This document shows, piece after piece, positions 27,069-39,562 of a stretch of DNA of 64,000 nt. This stretch comes from Balanoglossus misakiensis (lineage: Eukaryota > Animalia > Hemichordata): NCBI GenBank assembly GCA_040954595.2, contig CM082598.2:558001-622000 (forward strand), written 5' to 3'. Position numbers and translations under genes: made by a program. Every line of letters starts with the position of its first letter. Positions within the stretch are counted from its first letter, which is position 1. Below the pieces are notes generated by a model, which was not told where the DNA came from, ran no database searches, and worked only from the letters and a program-made list of their open reading frames with translations.

Positions 27069-29496
27069 TTGGTGGAAATTTGAAATACCATGTCGTGATT
27101 GGTAGCTGCTTATCCAGTCCTGTGAGCTAAGAACAATGGCTCTCTATGAGGCTTTCTGATTGGCTGATGTCTGTACAGTTTTGTAAGAAATGTTTTGGTA
27201 GGTTGGCAGTAAATGTCAACCAAATATTCCATTGACTTTTCTGAATATGCATGATTTCCAAATATGGACATGATTGTAGTAATTTCTAGCAATAGTAGAT
27301 GCCATAATGTCTGGTTTCGAATGCATGAATTTCATTTATTTATTGACAGTGCTCAACATTAACTTGCTGGACATGTATATTTTCACAGAATTTTTGCTTT
27401 TGTCTTTCGGGGGTGAAAGGTTGTGCGCTGTTCTTCATATTTGTATAAAGGCATTTTGTTTATTGTAATAGAAGTTCAGTTCATCAGTTTTGTTTGTGAG
27501 GGTGCTTAAAATTCTCTTCAGGTGAAATTTAAACAGATATACACAACTACTGATAAAATCTTATCGTAAAATTTTGTTGGAATTGAAATCGTCTGAGTTG
27601 TTCACGAAAGATTCCATTTGGCAAGGTTAGCTTGATAGAGATTATCTTTGTCATTTATAGGTCAAAATTGAGGCCAGATTTGTAAAAAAAATATAACCAC
27701 AAGTCAATTCAAGCATAATTTTTACAAAAAGAGTTTGTGGACAGGTCAAGGTTCAGGCCTGTATTTTACAAATAATTGTGTTGACAGGTGGAAAGTTAAG
27801 ACTAGATTTGTTCATATATGGATTACCAGATTCAGAAGTAATCTCATTTGTACTCGTGTGCACCATTAAGTCAGAAAACTCATCAAAGTTGTACAAATTT
27901 GCATATCAAGGTCAAGAGTTTTAACCTGATCTGCATAAATATTTGCATATCTGGGTCAGAGGTCAGTATTGATCTGCATAAATTTCCATGTACAGACAAG
28001 AGTTCGTATCCGACTTAATGAGGCACAACTTTTTTCCAGAGATGTGTGAATGAAGTGATCTTTGTGAGTTTAATTCTTGTTAATCTATTTTGTAGTAAGT
28101 TATTAGCAGAATTAAATTGTACACCACAAAAGAGAGATTTAGTTCATTTTATGTGAATTAATTTAATCTATGAGTATGTACATGTGTATATATTGCACAG
28201 TGCTTTGGTTATTTTCTATTCCAACATTCTTCATGTTGCCACGTTTCTTTGAAATAATTCTGTACAAAGTTGTTATTTTTTGATGCTTTGCTGAAAGATG
28301 CTCTTGTTTTGCTGCTAATCACATGGAGTTTAACATCAAGTCGTATTAATTCTGTGTCAGGTGACATGATTGGCTGAGGACTTTTGGGCAAGACCCACTG
28401 ATTTGTGAAACACTGTTAATAACCCTTGTTTGCAAACACTGATGTCTATTCTTTGTCATAAACAATATGCCCCTTTACCATGGATATCAAGGTTCTAGCC
28501 AATAACTGAATTTCACTAGGGTTACCAGGCAACCATTGCATGATCATGAAAACTTGCAGTTCTGTGTTGCTGGGGATATTTTAGTTATCTCAAAAGATCA
28601 GAATGAAGTGATTGGTCTGAAGCTTAACATCGTTACCTGGCACCCAAATTCAAGTCCAAACTATGCATAAATATTGCAGTGGCCAAGTATTGGGGCCATG
28701 TTGTAAAAAAACAAAGTACAACACAAAAATCTTCCACTTTCCATGAAAATATCGCTGAGCAATTCCAATGTGTTGCAAATTAAATGAACTGAAACTGAAG
28801 ACTGAAATCTCAAAATTGCAATGATTATTGACTGGTTTTCTTCATTTTTTCTGATTTTTTTCATTGGATATTATTTTTTGTTTAGTATGCGTGTGTAAAA
28901 ATGTAGTACAGAGAATTGTAATTTTCATGTTTTCTGGTATTGCTTCTGCAAATTTATTCAATATTTGTAACTTAAGAATTCGTAGTCACAACCAAATAAA
29001 TTTTTGGTTTCTCCTCAATGCAACTTTTTTGTCTTGTGTAATTTGTGACGTTTTGCAGCAGAATGATGAACAAGTGGTTTGCGCTTAATCAAAGCTGTCC
29101 ATGAAGTCTAAAATGACAGAATGCACATTTCTTGGAGTGAAATTCCTTTCCCTGATGAAGAAGCTTAATAGTCATCGAAATTAAAATGAAAGAAATTATA
29201 GAATCGATCAAAATACATGTATAACCGTTTAAGTTTCTCCACGTAAAAAGATAGCCATTTTTGAAATATATCTTCCCCCCCCCCCCCCACGGGGCGCGTG
29301 TGTCACCTTTCAGTGCTGCCGCGTGCGCGTGTACATATCAGCCACGCGCAGGGATGTCGCGTGCGGGGTCGTGCGCAGTGTGACGTCAAACAATTTGCAT
29401 ATATTACATCAAGCAACAACGCGGGATGATGACATAACAACGTTATTGATTGTAAAAGGGCATTTCTACACCATACCCAGAGCGAACGATGCAAAA

Positions 29497-29987
29497 ATGG
29501 TCATAGCTGTATCTATAACACACGTATTTAAACACCCAGTCGAACTTATTGTAACCACTCATCTAAATAAGGTAAGATTTTGGTGAAAATATCTCGAATG
29601 AACAAAAGGTCAGTGCCCTTTTGGGGAACGTTCATGGGAGGTATTTGTAACATGATTTACAGCCTACAAAGCAAAACAACTTAAGGTTCTAGCTTACGAA
29701 GTCATATTTTAGTCGTAATGACAAATGTTGTATATTTTTGTTTCCACAGTATCCAAATAATAAAGAAAAAATGATCAGCAGTGTGGAGACAGTGGAGAAA
29801 AGTACAGGTAAACACACAAATAAATAAATAAACGAAGGAACAAACAAACACACAAATATTCAATATTTCTCTTCCGGTAATGCTACGCACACACGTACGC
29901 CAACAAACACACATCTATAAACTTTGTGTTTTTACCATCTATCAGATTCATCCACGTACATGTCAAAAGAAAAAACTTGAAAACAGC

Positions 29988-30021
<34 letters not shown>

Positions 30022-31217
30022 ACATTCATATGGCGCCAATATCCAGAGAACAGCTACTGCATTTCATCTTGTAATTAGTATTTATAGATGCATGCTGGAC
30101 TGGCAAAGTCCTGGAGATGTCTTCATGTGATGTGAGAAAAATATTACAGTAAAATCGTTTTTCTCTCTTCCTTTAGTCATCTTCAAATGTCTTTGTTTAT
30201 TTACAGATGATAATACAGGAATTATGTATATGAAGCGCATAGCAACGTGTTCTAACATATTTCCAGCCATTCTTAGACAGGTATGGGTGATTTTTATATC
30301 GAGAATGTACAGATTTATTTTTAGTTCACTGTGTTTCCATGGTAAATCACTTCTGATGTTATTAGTCACATGACAACATTCCCACGAGCCATGATGATAT
30401 TCAGACGCCCGTTTGGTCTTTGTCAAGTCATCATTTCTTAGTATCGTCTCTTTTTGTCTTGAAGTTGTATGTGATGCAGATCTCGAACATACTTCTTGAA
30501 GAAGAGGTTTGGATTGATCCAAACAAGCGCATTATGACATTAAGAAGTCGGAACATCACTTGGAGTAACTATGCCCAAGGTTGGGAGGAGTCGACTTTCA
30601 GACCACACAAGCACAATAGTAACTGGTGAGTTAATTGTTCAGTACAAAGTGACAATGTCAATTGTGTTACAGCCAAACCCATGCAGAGATAATGAATCCT
30701 GTGAGGTGTGTTAGAAAACACATATCGACTGGGTAATATTGTACTGTCTGTCTCCCCTTGTACGTAGCTGGATGAGCAAAACTGAAAACAAAAGTTTTCT
30801 CATATGGCTTTAATTCACCACTTGGTGGCGCTATGACCATTTGTAGTTCAAAGGGGTCCCAAAATCATGATTTCTTTCTTTATTTTCCTTCTTTCAGGAC
30901 AATGATTGAACAAAGAGGGGGTATTGAATTCAAAGTCATTGGTCCATTTGCAAGAATAATTGAAATGTTCACCAGAACTTTTGTTGACAAATCAGTCAAA
31001 AAGGTAAGGAATCACAACTTGGTTCAAAAGTGTGGTAGCATGGTTTTTAACAAAAATCCTGCTATCAAATGTTTGCTTTGTTGTTTCTGCTGCTGCTCAC
31101 ATCAGCATATAATTAATCAAGTCTTTTCAACAATTATTCTTTCAGAGTTTAAGAATCATGGAAGAATTGCTTGAAGAAAACTCGGTATGCCATAGAATAC
31201 AATCCCCTGAACTTTGA
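29497..31217 (+). CDS. PRELID2: PRELI/MSF1 domain protein 2, 6 exons, ~181 aa
   Basis: Exons 29497-29571, 29750-29807, 30207-30280, 30465-30625 (alternative acceptor at 30480), 30898-31003, 31146-31217. Translation MVIAVSITHVFKHPVE..HLNKYPN..TGIMYMKRIATCSN..LEEEVWIDP..RSRNITWSNYA..EESTFR..NWTMIEQRG..LRIMEELLEE follows PRELID2 end to end. Confidence 0.9.
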
Positions 31218-31923
31218 TATCACCATGGCCTGATCCTACATAAAGATGTCATTTCTATAAATGGTACCTTGATCATTTTGTGACTTTTTGAGTACACACA
31301 GTTTTAAATCCATAGCAGCTGAAAATATAAACAAAAGAAGTTTTCGTAAATGTTCAGGTATTTTTATGTGTACAGTACGAGTCAACCCTTTCACTCTACT
31401 AGTTCAGTCTGTTAGAAGTGCAACTTTTCTGTTGGTTACAGTGTAGTCTCATTAGGTAGAAATGTATGGTGTCATATCTTAGAAGATGAATCCATTTCTA
31501 TTACCAGGGTAAAGGGGAATACAAGATTTTCCAATGTATCAGAAGGAGACCTTCGTTATCCTGACAAGAAAGCTTCATGTGACACTAAGTATGTCATTCA
31601 GGTTAGAGATCAGATTTCCAGACCTCGATTGCTTCACTAATGCATATTGCTCTGCTGGCCGTAGGACAAGCTGTTCGGTGAATGAAGAGCCAGATTCACG
31701 ATTCATGTCAGGTCCTACCAACAGCTGTGTACTATGCATTAGCGTGGCAAACATGGTCTGGAAAGCAGAACTAGTTTGAGATATGATCTAATAGGAACAT
31801 CAGTGAGGGAGAGAGGGGAGAGAGAGTGAGAGAGGGCACCATGTAGAAAATAAGCAGCTGTTTCATCTATTCATGTTTGATTGAAACTTCATTTGCAACA
31901 TGCAGGATCAGTCTTATAAGACA

Positions 31924-31985
31924 TTGAACACTATCCCCCCCAGTTCCCTCTTAAGAGGTCCAACCTTACCATAGAAATCAATTAG
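31924..31985 (-). mobile_element. Degenerate family A MITE fragment
   Basis: ccccccagttccctcttaagaggtccaaccttaccatagaaatcaat matches 25801-25850. Confidence 0.65.
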
Positions 31986-32547
31986 ATGGTTACAGACACA
32001 CATGAGACTGAATTTTGTCCGAGATAGACCATCTTGAGTTTTTATTCACGATAAAATACTTCAACAACTACTGGTTTCCATTAATTTGATCAATATCACA
32101 GAATTGTTGACTAAGGTCATATTAATTCAATAATGCATTTCACTTTTGAATTCTTTCCCCATCTCATTACAAGACAAAAATTGACAACACTGAAATTCAT
32201 TTCTTCGCAAAAAATAACACACAAGTCAAACCATCTACCCACAGATTATGAATTACTAGACAAGCAAAAAACGGGTAATATCTGAATACAGTGGCCATTT
32301 CCAGGTTAAAAATAAAAATGCCAAAACAAAAAGCTAGCAGCACATTACAACTTCTCACAAAACTTAAGTGAGTAAGGTCAGCCTGCAAACATTTTTCCCT
32401 ATAAGCCAATATGCTGCACTACCAACTCAAAAAATTGTCCACAAGTAAAAGTTCAAGAATACGCAAGGAAAATTCTACACATTCTCAAATTGACACAAAG
32501 ATTAAAAAAGAAAATCATGTTAGAGGGCGCAGTCATACAAGGATGAC

Positions 32548-32620
32548 GGATCAAACCATTATCAGGAAGGTGATGCCCTTTACCGTTGGATCAAACCATT
32601 ATCAGAAAGGTGATACCCAG
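32548..32620. repeat. ~40-bp tandem duplication
   Basis: ggatcaaaccattatcaggaaggtgatgccc / ggatcaaaccattatcagaaaggtgataccc. Confidence 0.8.
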
Positions 32621-33502
32621 TTAGATCAGTTTAAAGAAAAAGCAAAACTGTATTTGGACTCTACTAAACGAAACCATGCACGAATTCCACGCTTTGGTTT
32701 TATGTTATGGCTACAGTATATACTTAGCTACAAAGTTTTTTATTTTTTTTATGTTTCTGATGTTTTAATATTTTGTGGCTCTACTATAAGTTGTAGTCCC
32801 CGCAAAACTGGCAAAACAGAAACTGTGGCATAAAGACAGAATTGTACTATCATGTCAAGTATACAATTTACGAATTCCATAAAAGTTGTACTGGACTAAA
32901 TCAAATCTGATACAACTAGAGTTTTCAGAAATAAAAAAAGATCTGAAAATTTGATGACTTTATAACTACAAAATTGATGCATTATTTACAAAATTTGTCA
33001 TTTGCCATTATTTGATTACATTCCCAATTCTGTCAAGGACACTGACAACTGAACATCGAAAAGATTAGAAAACAGTAACGAATAAAGACACCATTTGAAA
33101 TACATGCAGTTCCAAGAAATACAAAATCCACCAGGACTTTCCCAACATGACCATGTTCACTAGCAAGTTTTTCAATGCCATCATTTGAGTCGCATTATGA
33201 ATTTGATTATTATTTTAGAAACATAACCATAAAATGTGGGGAAAAACCTGTCGGATTTGGTCCAAAATCAACCTGTGAATTTATGAAAACTTCAGGAAGA
33301 CAACAATTTTTTTGCCAGAGAAGTATCTGGAAACAAGGAAGTCTGCATTCATTCTTTCATGGCAGACTATGGGGAAAATCATTGAATTCTTGCTGAATTT
33401 TTCAGTTGTGAACACAAAAGCGACCAATAATTGTATTCTTACACAATTTGAGTTATGTACGCAAATATACAGACCTTCATGTTTTTCTCAAAGTCTGCAG
33501 AG

Positions 33503-36500
33503 TTATTTTTCAATTGACTGAGTTGATATTTGGGGAACGCTTACATCATCTGTCTGTGCTTTTACTGAGTGTCCGTTTTCTGTCATGATATCTTCTTCTG
33601 TTTTGTTGTCTTGCACCGAATCTTCTCTGTTTTCAACTTCTTTCACGACGACGACATCTTGGATTTCTCCACCACTGCTTGAAATCTGTTCGGCCGCAAC
33701 GCTGGAAATCTGCAGATCAGGTTCCTCAGTAACCATGGTGACGTCTTGCTGGTGACTAGCGATGTCTGCAGCTATGTCGCCTGAAACGCTGGAAATCTGT
33801 TGTGCATCTTCTGTGGTGGGTGGCTCTGACACAGCAACGATGCTTATGACTTCTTCAGTGGAGATCACTTCTTCAGTGCTCTGTCCACTTGTACTCTCGA
33901 TGACCTGCTCTCCGTCTCCGCCCGTCAATATGGCTTCTTGTGCGGCTATTGCTGCTTTTTCAATGCGTTCCAACTCGGTGGCGTGTTCTTCCATTTCTTG
34001 TATAGATTCCTGCACTGTTGCAACTGCTTCCTGGTCTTGAGGAATGTCACTGGATTCGATTTGTGTTTGGAGAGTTTCAGCCGGCATAATGACTTCCTCC
34101 GTTTGGACAATTACAGCCGGAACATGCACCTCCTCAAGTGTGGTCTCGATTTCTGTTGATTCGATTACAGTTTCACTTAGATGCACTGGATCATCTTCAG
34201 TGAGTGTGGCTTCACTTTCCGTTGGGGGCGCTGTCACTACCTCTGCAGCAGCAGTAGCAGCAACAACCACCACCGAGGGCATACTTTCTACTCTCACAGC
34301 TTCCGATGCAACTTCAACCATTGAGGGCACACTTTCTACTACTGGAACTTCTACTGCAGTTTCAACCACTGAGGGCACACTTTCTACAACTGGAACTTCT
34401 TCTACTGCAGTTTCAGCCACTGGGGGCGCACTCTCAGCACTTGCAATGCCTGATGGTTGCTGTTCAGCTGCGCTCTGTTCTGCCGTTGAATCTTCAGTCT
34501 GTTGCAGTGCTTGTTCTGTCATGACAGTCTCGGGGGCGCTGACATCAACTGCTGCATCTACAGAACTATCATCTGCTTGCATTGGTACAGGCTGTTCGGG
34601 TTCTTGTGTGACAGGAACTTCTATGTCTGCCGATTCTTGATTACCTTCTTGACTGTCAACCACTTTGACACCGCTGTTGTCCACCTCCATGGGTTCCTCC
34701 AATGTCTCGGTGACTTTCTCCTCCTCCACTTTTTCAGCAGCTGCTGTGGTTGACACCTCATCCATCTTCTCCCCCACATCAACACCTTCAATTTTTCCAC
34801 CCTCCTCCACACCGCTGCCAGACACCACCACTTCCCCCTCCTCTGCTTTCTCATCTGCTTTAGGCACTTCTGTCTCACCATCACCCGTAGTCTCCATAGC
34901 AACATCCTCTTCTTTTGCATCTTCTTCTTTACTTTCTTTCTCAGCAGATGTCGCTGTCTTCACCTTCTCCTCATCATCTTTTTCATCAGACTTTTCTTTT
35001 TCTGCCACTTTCTTGCTTTCACCAGAACTCTCCTTCTCATCTTTCTTGTTCACCTTGCTCGTCTTCTTCACCTGAGATTTCTCCTCTGTCTCTTTTTTGG
35101 AAGGAGTGATTACTTTGACCTTGGATTTTCTGTCAGGGGTTTGTCGTTTCTCTTTCTGTTCGACCTCCTGGGCTTTGCTTGTGGCTCTCTTCTTGGCTGG
35201 AGATTCGCTCACTTTAGAGTCGGCAGGTCTTTTCTTCGCTTGCCCTTGTGGTGACCCCATATGAGCCCCTGATCTGGTGACTCTTCCGACCACCGCTCCA
35301 GACTTCTTCTCTGGTGTTTTCTTTAAGACTTTACTCTCGGTCTTCTTCACTTTTGAGCTTTCTTTGCTGCTGGGTTTATTCTCTGCTTTGTCTGGCTTGA
35401 TAGCTGGTTTCCCTTTCTCTGCTGCTTTTCCTGGTGTAGTTTCCGTCTTTCCTTTCTTCCCTTCAGCTGCCGTCTGCACTTCCTTCTTCACTGGTTTTTC
35501 AGCTTTCCCACTGGTCTCATCCGCAGTAACACTTCTCCTACCTCTTCCCTTTTTGGGCGTTTTTTCAGATTCGTCGAAGTCAGACGGCATCATGACGATG
35601 GTCCTCCGGGGTTTGACGCGAGGAGTTTGCGCTTTAGTCGGTGTTGGAGTTGTCTTGGTGTCGGCAGATTTAGCAGCTGCAGGAGACTTTGGAGTGACAG
35701 ACACTGCTTTTGGCTTTGGCGAGGTGACTGTCGCAGCTGTGGACGGCCCTGCTTCGTCTTTTCTGGGAGAGCTGGCAACAACTGATGATTTCTTGCTGTG
35801 ATTCTCTTCAAAGTGCTGACCCAATTCCACCACATCTTTGAAGGATACATGGCAGCTTGCACATGCATACTTCCCATCAGCTGTGTGAGATTTGCGATGT
35901 TCTTCTAAAGCTTCTTTCTGCTCGAACATCTTTGGGCATTGTGGGCACTGGTAGATGACTTTATACTGACCAGGACTCTGTTTCTGGGGAGCGGCGGGGA
36001 CTTGTTTGTTTGGAGGAGATTCCTGCAACTCTTCCAAAACAGGGTGGTCATCATCATCTACATTATCTTCTTCACCGGACGAGTCTGCTGTCTTTTTGAC
36101 GATACGACTATCTCTGACAATTGGTACGGTCTCTTTTATTCTTGGTCTGGTCACGGGTTTAGTGGCTGACTTGTCTGCTTTGTGGACGCGTATCTTGTGG
36201 TTACTCAAGGTGCTGACTTGCTTGCATGAGTATTCACACATGCTGCACTTGTAGGGTTTCTCGTTGGAGTGCTGCAGCAGATGAGTGATCAGCTGGCTCT
36301 TCTGGACGAACCCTTTGTTGCAGTGCTCGCAGACGTAAGCCTTCTCTCCGCTGTGCGCTCTCTCGTGATCCTGCAAGTGACCTTTCTGTTTGAAGCCTTT
36401 CCCGCAATGCGAACACTTATAGGGGCGTTCGCCTGTGTGGATGCGCATGTGGTTATCCAGGTTGTCTTTCCTGGCAAACGATTTCCCACAGATATCACAA

Positions 36501-37081
36501 GAATAAGGCTTTTCCCCGGAATGGACTCTCTCGTGGGCGCGGAGGTTTCCCCGCGATGTGAAGACTTTCCCGCAGTTACTGCAGTCGTGTAGCTTTTTGT
36601 TGGTGTGGTGTTTGATGTGAGCGTTGAGGAGACTTCTGTGGGCAAAAGCTTTGCCACACAACCCACACTGCAGCAGGCCTTCTTCCAGATGCATTTGCTC
36701 GTGTTCCTTGAAATCTTCCAACACGGTGAAGAATGTCTTACAGTACTTACAAGCATAAAACAGATCAGTAGCTCGCTCTGAAGACTTCTTCTTCACCTTT
36801 TTGACTTTCGACGGCTTAGCTTCTTCATCTTCCTCATTTTCTTCCATCGGTTCTTCTTCTTCATCATCTCCATCTCCATCACCATCAGCAGCTGCCGCTT
36901 GAACAACTTCATTCTCATCATCACTCACTTCTCCTTCCGGGTCTTTCATCTTTTTCCTCCGTGGAGTCTGAACCTCTTGGTTGTCATGGTTTTCTGTTTC
37001 CATGGCGACATTCTCCTCTGGAGACTCATCCTGTGCCTTCTCCGCGACAACCTGGGCTTTCTGAACACTCTTTCTGGGCAT
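33503..37081 (-). CDS. C2H2 zinc-finger protein (7+2 fingers), Lys-rich middle and long acidic tail; single coding exon, ~1192 aa
   Basis: Tandem fingers with HTGERPYKC/HSGEKPYSC linkers. Likely start MPRKS at 37081, downstream of an acceptor at 37142-37143; non-coding upstream exon with donor near 38258. Confidence 0.9.
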   Translation of the reverse strand: MPRKSVQKAQVVAEKAQDESPEENVAMETENHDNQEVQTPRRKKMKDPEGEVSDDENEVVQAAAADGDGDGDDEEEEPMEENEEDEEAKPSKVKKVKKKSSERATDLFYACKYCKTFFTVLEDFKEHEQMHLEEGLLQCGLCGKAFAHRSLLNAHIKHHTNKKLHDCSNCGKVFTSRGNLRAHERVHSGEKPYSCDICGKSFARKDNLDNHMRIHTGERPYKCSHCGKGFKQKGHLQDHERAHSGEKAYVCEHCNKGFVQKSQLITHLLQHSNEKPYKCSMCEYSCKQVSTLSNHKIRVHKADKSATKPVTRPRIKETVPIVRDSRIVKKTADSSGEEDNVDDDDHPVLEELQESPPNKQVPAAPQKQSPGQYKVIYQCPQCPKMFEQKEALEEHRKSHTADGKYACASCHVSFKDVVELGQHFEENHSKKSSVVASSPRKDEAGPSTAATVTSPKPKAVSVTPKSPAAAKSADTKTTPTPTKAQTPRVKPRRTIVMMPSDFDESEKTPKKGRGRRSVTADETSGKAEKPVKKEVQTAAEGKKGKTETTPGKAAEKGKPAIKPDKAENKPSSKESSKVKKTESKVLKKTPEKKSGAVVGRVTRSGAHMGSPQGQAKKRPADSKVSESPAKKRATSKAQEVEQKEKRQTPDRKSKVKVITPSKKETEEKSQVKKTSKVNKKDEKESSGESKKVAEKEKSDEKDDEEKVKTATSAEKESKEEDAKEEDVAMETTGDGETEVPKADEKAEEGEVVVSGSGVEEGGKIEGVDVGEKMDEVSTTAAAEKVEEEKVTETLEEPMEVDNSGVKVVDSQEGNQESADIEVPVTQEPEQPVPMQADDSSVDAAVDVSAPETVMTEQALQQTEDSTAEQSAAEQQPSGIASAESAPPVAETAVEEVPVVESVPSVVETAVEVPVVESVPSMVEVASEAVRVESMPSVVVVAATAAAEVVTAPPTESEATLTEDDPVHLSETVIESTEIETTLEEVHVPAVIVQTEEVIMPAETLQTQIESSDIPQDQEAVATVQESIQEMEEHATELERIEKAAIAAQEAILTGGDGEQVIESTSGQSTEEVISTEEVISIVAVSEPPTTEDAQQISSVSGDIAADIASHQQDVTMVTEEPDLQISSVAAEQISSSGGEIQDVVVVKEVENREDSVQDNKTEEDIMTENGHSVKAQTDDVSVPQISTQSIEK
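34264..34440 (-). repeat. Coding minisatellite, 48-51-bp unit, ~3.5 copies (ESVPSVVETAVEVPVV)
   Basis: Recurrent ttcaaccactgagggcacactttctac on the + strand. Confidence 0.8.
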
Positions 37082-39423
37082 ATTTCTTGATTGATCACAA
37101 CACACTTCTGTTCTTGAAGTTGTTGAATAACTTGTGCAGAGCTGTGTACAAAACATACAAAGGAAACCACGTTATGATCTCAAACTTGTTCTACTAATTT
37201 TCAACTGTAAAATCATTTTGCTCACTGTGTTGTGTACATGTGTAAGAGATAAAGACTGACAGATAGAGATGTTATTATGAAATTCAAAGCTTACAATATT
37301 TGTCCAGTGACTTTGGCTTCAAATACAGAAGAAAAGCAAGGAATTTGTGTGGACTTTTTAAACAAGCATATAAGGTGTATTAGTGTTCACAGTCACATTT
37401 CTGGCTTCTGAAGCAGTGTTTTGCTAAGATTTTATTCATGTATAAAAATGAACATTGGAAAGCAGTAAAAATAAAATACACATGAACATTTTCCACACCT
37501 GATTAATTACACATGATAAGTACAATCTGTTCTACTCATGGCACGTTTGATTTCACAAAATATGCATTATTGAAACCTGTCTACCCTGTAAAAATGTCTG
37601 TAAAACTTTTTCCCATTTATTTCAAACCAAGTCACAAACCTCTGAAACTAGTTTTTCTCAGTCTTTTTTGATCAGTTCAGTCGTTTTTTAAGGTACAAGT
37701 ACAGATGTAACACAAATCCTGCAGCTACAAAGCTTCGTACATTTCAGAAAGAAATCAAACACCTTTATGTTCATAAAACACTTAAAATACTAGACTATAA
37801 ACTGTTACACTCTGCATTTATACCCAAACTTAAAGTATAACGCCACCCACAGCAAAGTTCTATTGTGAAAATAGCCTAGCCGCGTTTGTTGACGAAATAT
37901 AACTCAGCCCTGTTCATTGCAGCAAAGAATGCAACATTTGATTGATTGACAGGGGGGTCCGCGTCTGTTGAAGCGCCCCCAACCGATGGCTCCGGTAATT
38001 ACAGTCGTTCTTTCCTAAAAGTTTGCCTATTTAAAACAAAAATAACTCAAAAATACTTTGCCTAGAATTGAACTAAAAATGTCTAAAATTTGGGACTGCC
38101 CAAGGGGTCACATCTGATGTTGTTTGGTTGCAGATCGCGTTCTATCACAACGACGCGGCCACGCCGAAGACATTTGCAAGCGACGCCATTTTTCGAAAGC
38201 TCGTTATTCTTTTGTTTTTGAATAAAATTGAAATCAACCTATAGCACGGGAAACTTACCTCTTCTTGAAAATAGGATGGGAGAAATTTGACGACAAAACT
38301 GACTTAAAAGCTTCGGAAATGATAAATCGTTACAAACAAAGACGTTAGATTTTCAGAGAACGTCGGCCATGTTGAGCTCCGTTTCAAGCCCCCTAACTGG
38401 GTGGGAAATATCCCTTAACAATATGGCTTCTATTTGCAGTTGTTCATTTCACCATAGTACCTCCATGATTTCACCTAGTACATTTCACTTCTCAAGAGTT
38501 GTTCTACCAGCAGAACATCGTCTCCCCAGAATTTCATCAAGATCGGTTGTGACTGAAAACTGTCATTGCAGATTTAGCCTTTAAGACTTAGTTCCCTGGA
38601 ATGTGCAAACGCGTTTAATCGTTAAAAATCAAGGTTCCGTTTTTCATTGAAACGCAGATTACTGCAACGTACATGGTTAGGGGATCCGTCCGGTAGAGTG
38701 TTTTGTCAACATAGCAAGTTGTATTTCCGTCTATGGCTTTGCAGCAGAGCGCTGGTAGTGGTAACCCACGATTATTGCAAATAAAATTCTCGTCTGAGGT
38801 CGAGGAATTGCATCTGCAGTGTGTGAATACCCCCCCCCCCCCATCATTCAAACGCATTCACCCAAACAGAACACAAATAACCTCTCATGTGACACAGCAA
38901 GTATTGTCAACAGACAATATTTTCATCTTTTAATGAACTGAAAACTGTTAACAAATCATGAAATATCTTGCTTCCTCGGCACTGAACATTGAACTATCGT
39001 AAAACTTTGGAAGTCACAGGAGAAACAAATTGGTTTTATATGAATAACAGACAAATGGGATATCCGATGAAAACTGTACACAAAACCAGACTAACTTACA
39101 TTTCCTGTGAAGTATCAGTGTAAATCTATGTTGTAACATTTGATGGCATTATGGGCATTTTTGTTTTGAATAATGACTGGATTGCATATTGGCAGTGAGT
39201 TGCATTGTTTTAGGTTTGACGTGAGAATGCATAGGGCATCTGTTAAAAGTGGTCATTTTCTGTAAAGTCCATAAAGGGGTTAAAAAACATTGAGTTAAGA
39301 ACAACTACACACTACGCAACTTTCTCAAAGTCAAGAGTTCAGCTAAAAACAACTACATTTATAAGTACATTTACTTAGAATCATCACCTTTTGACAGGTC
39401 AAATTGTACACATGATGCTATTG

Positions 39424-39515
39424 TTAACTTTTCACCAAAATGGTTTGGTCCACTGCCATTGTTCTCAATGGCAGTGCTGGATCTCTTTACATGGAAACAG
39501 GGGTGGAAGGAATAA
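39424..39515 (+). mobile_element. Family A MITE in the 3' UTR region of the Pegasus-like gene
   Basis: ttaacttttcacc-aaaatggtttggtccactgccattgttctcaatggcagtgctggatctctttacatggaaacaggggtggaagg closely matches 10406-10498. Confidence 0.75.
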
Positions 39516-39562
39516 CCCATTCACCAACACCAGAAAGAACTATGCAAATACACTCTATACTT

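Noticed and set aside
37082-37156. ORF-track N-terminal extension of the 1217-aa ORF
   Set aside because: Begins at a non-ATG codon inside the intron/acceptor; first ATG is at 37081
33762-37197. Overlapping plus-strand and alternative-frame ORFs over the zinc-finger gene
   Set aside because: Shadows of a low-complexity coding exon; no independent motifs
38353-38370. AACATGGCCG start context on the minus strand upstream of the zinc-finger gene
   Set aside because: Encodes only MADVL*; better explained as a YY1-type promoter motif or trivial uORF
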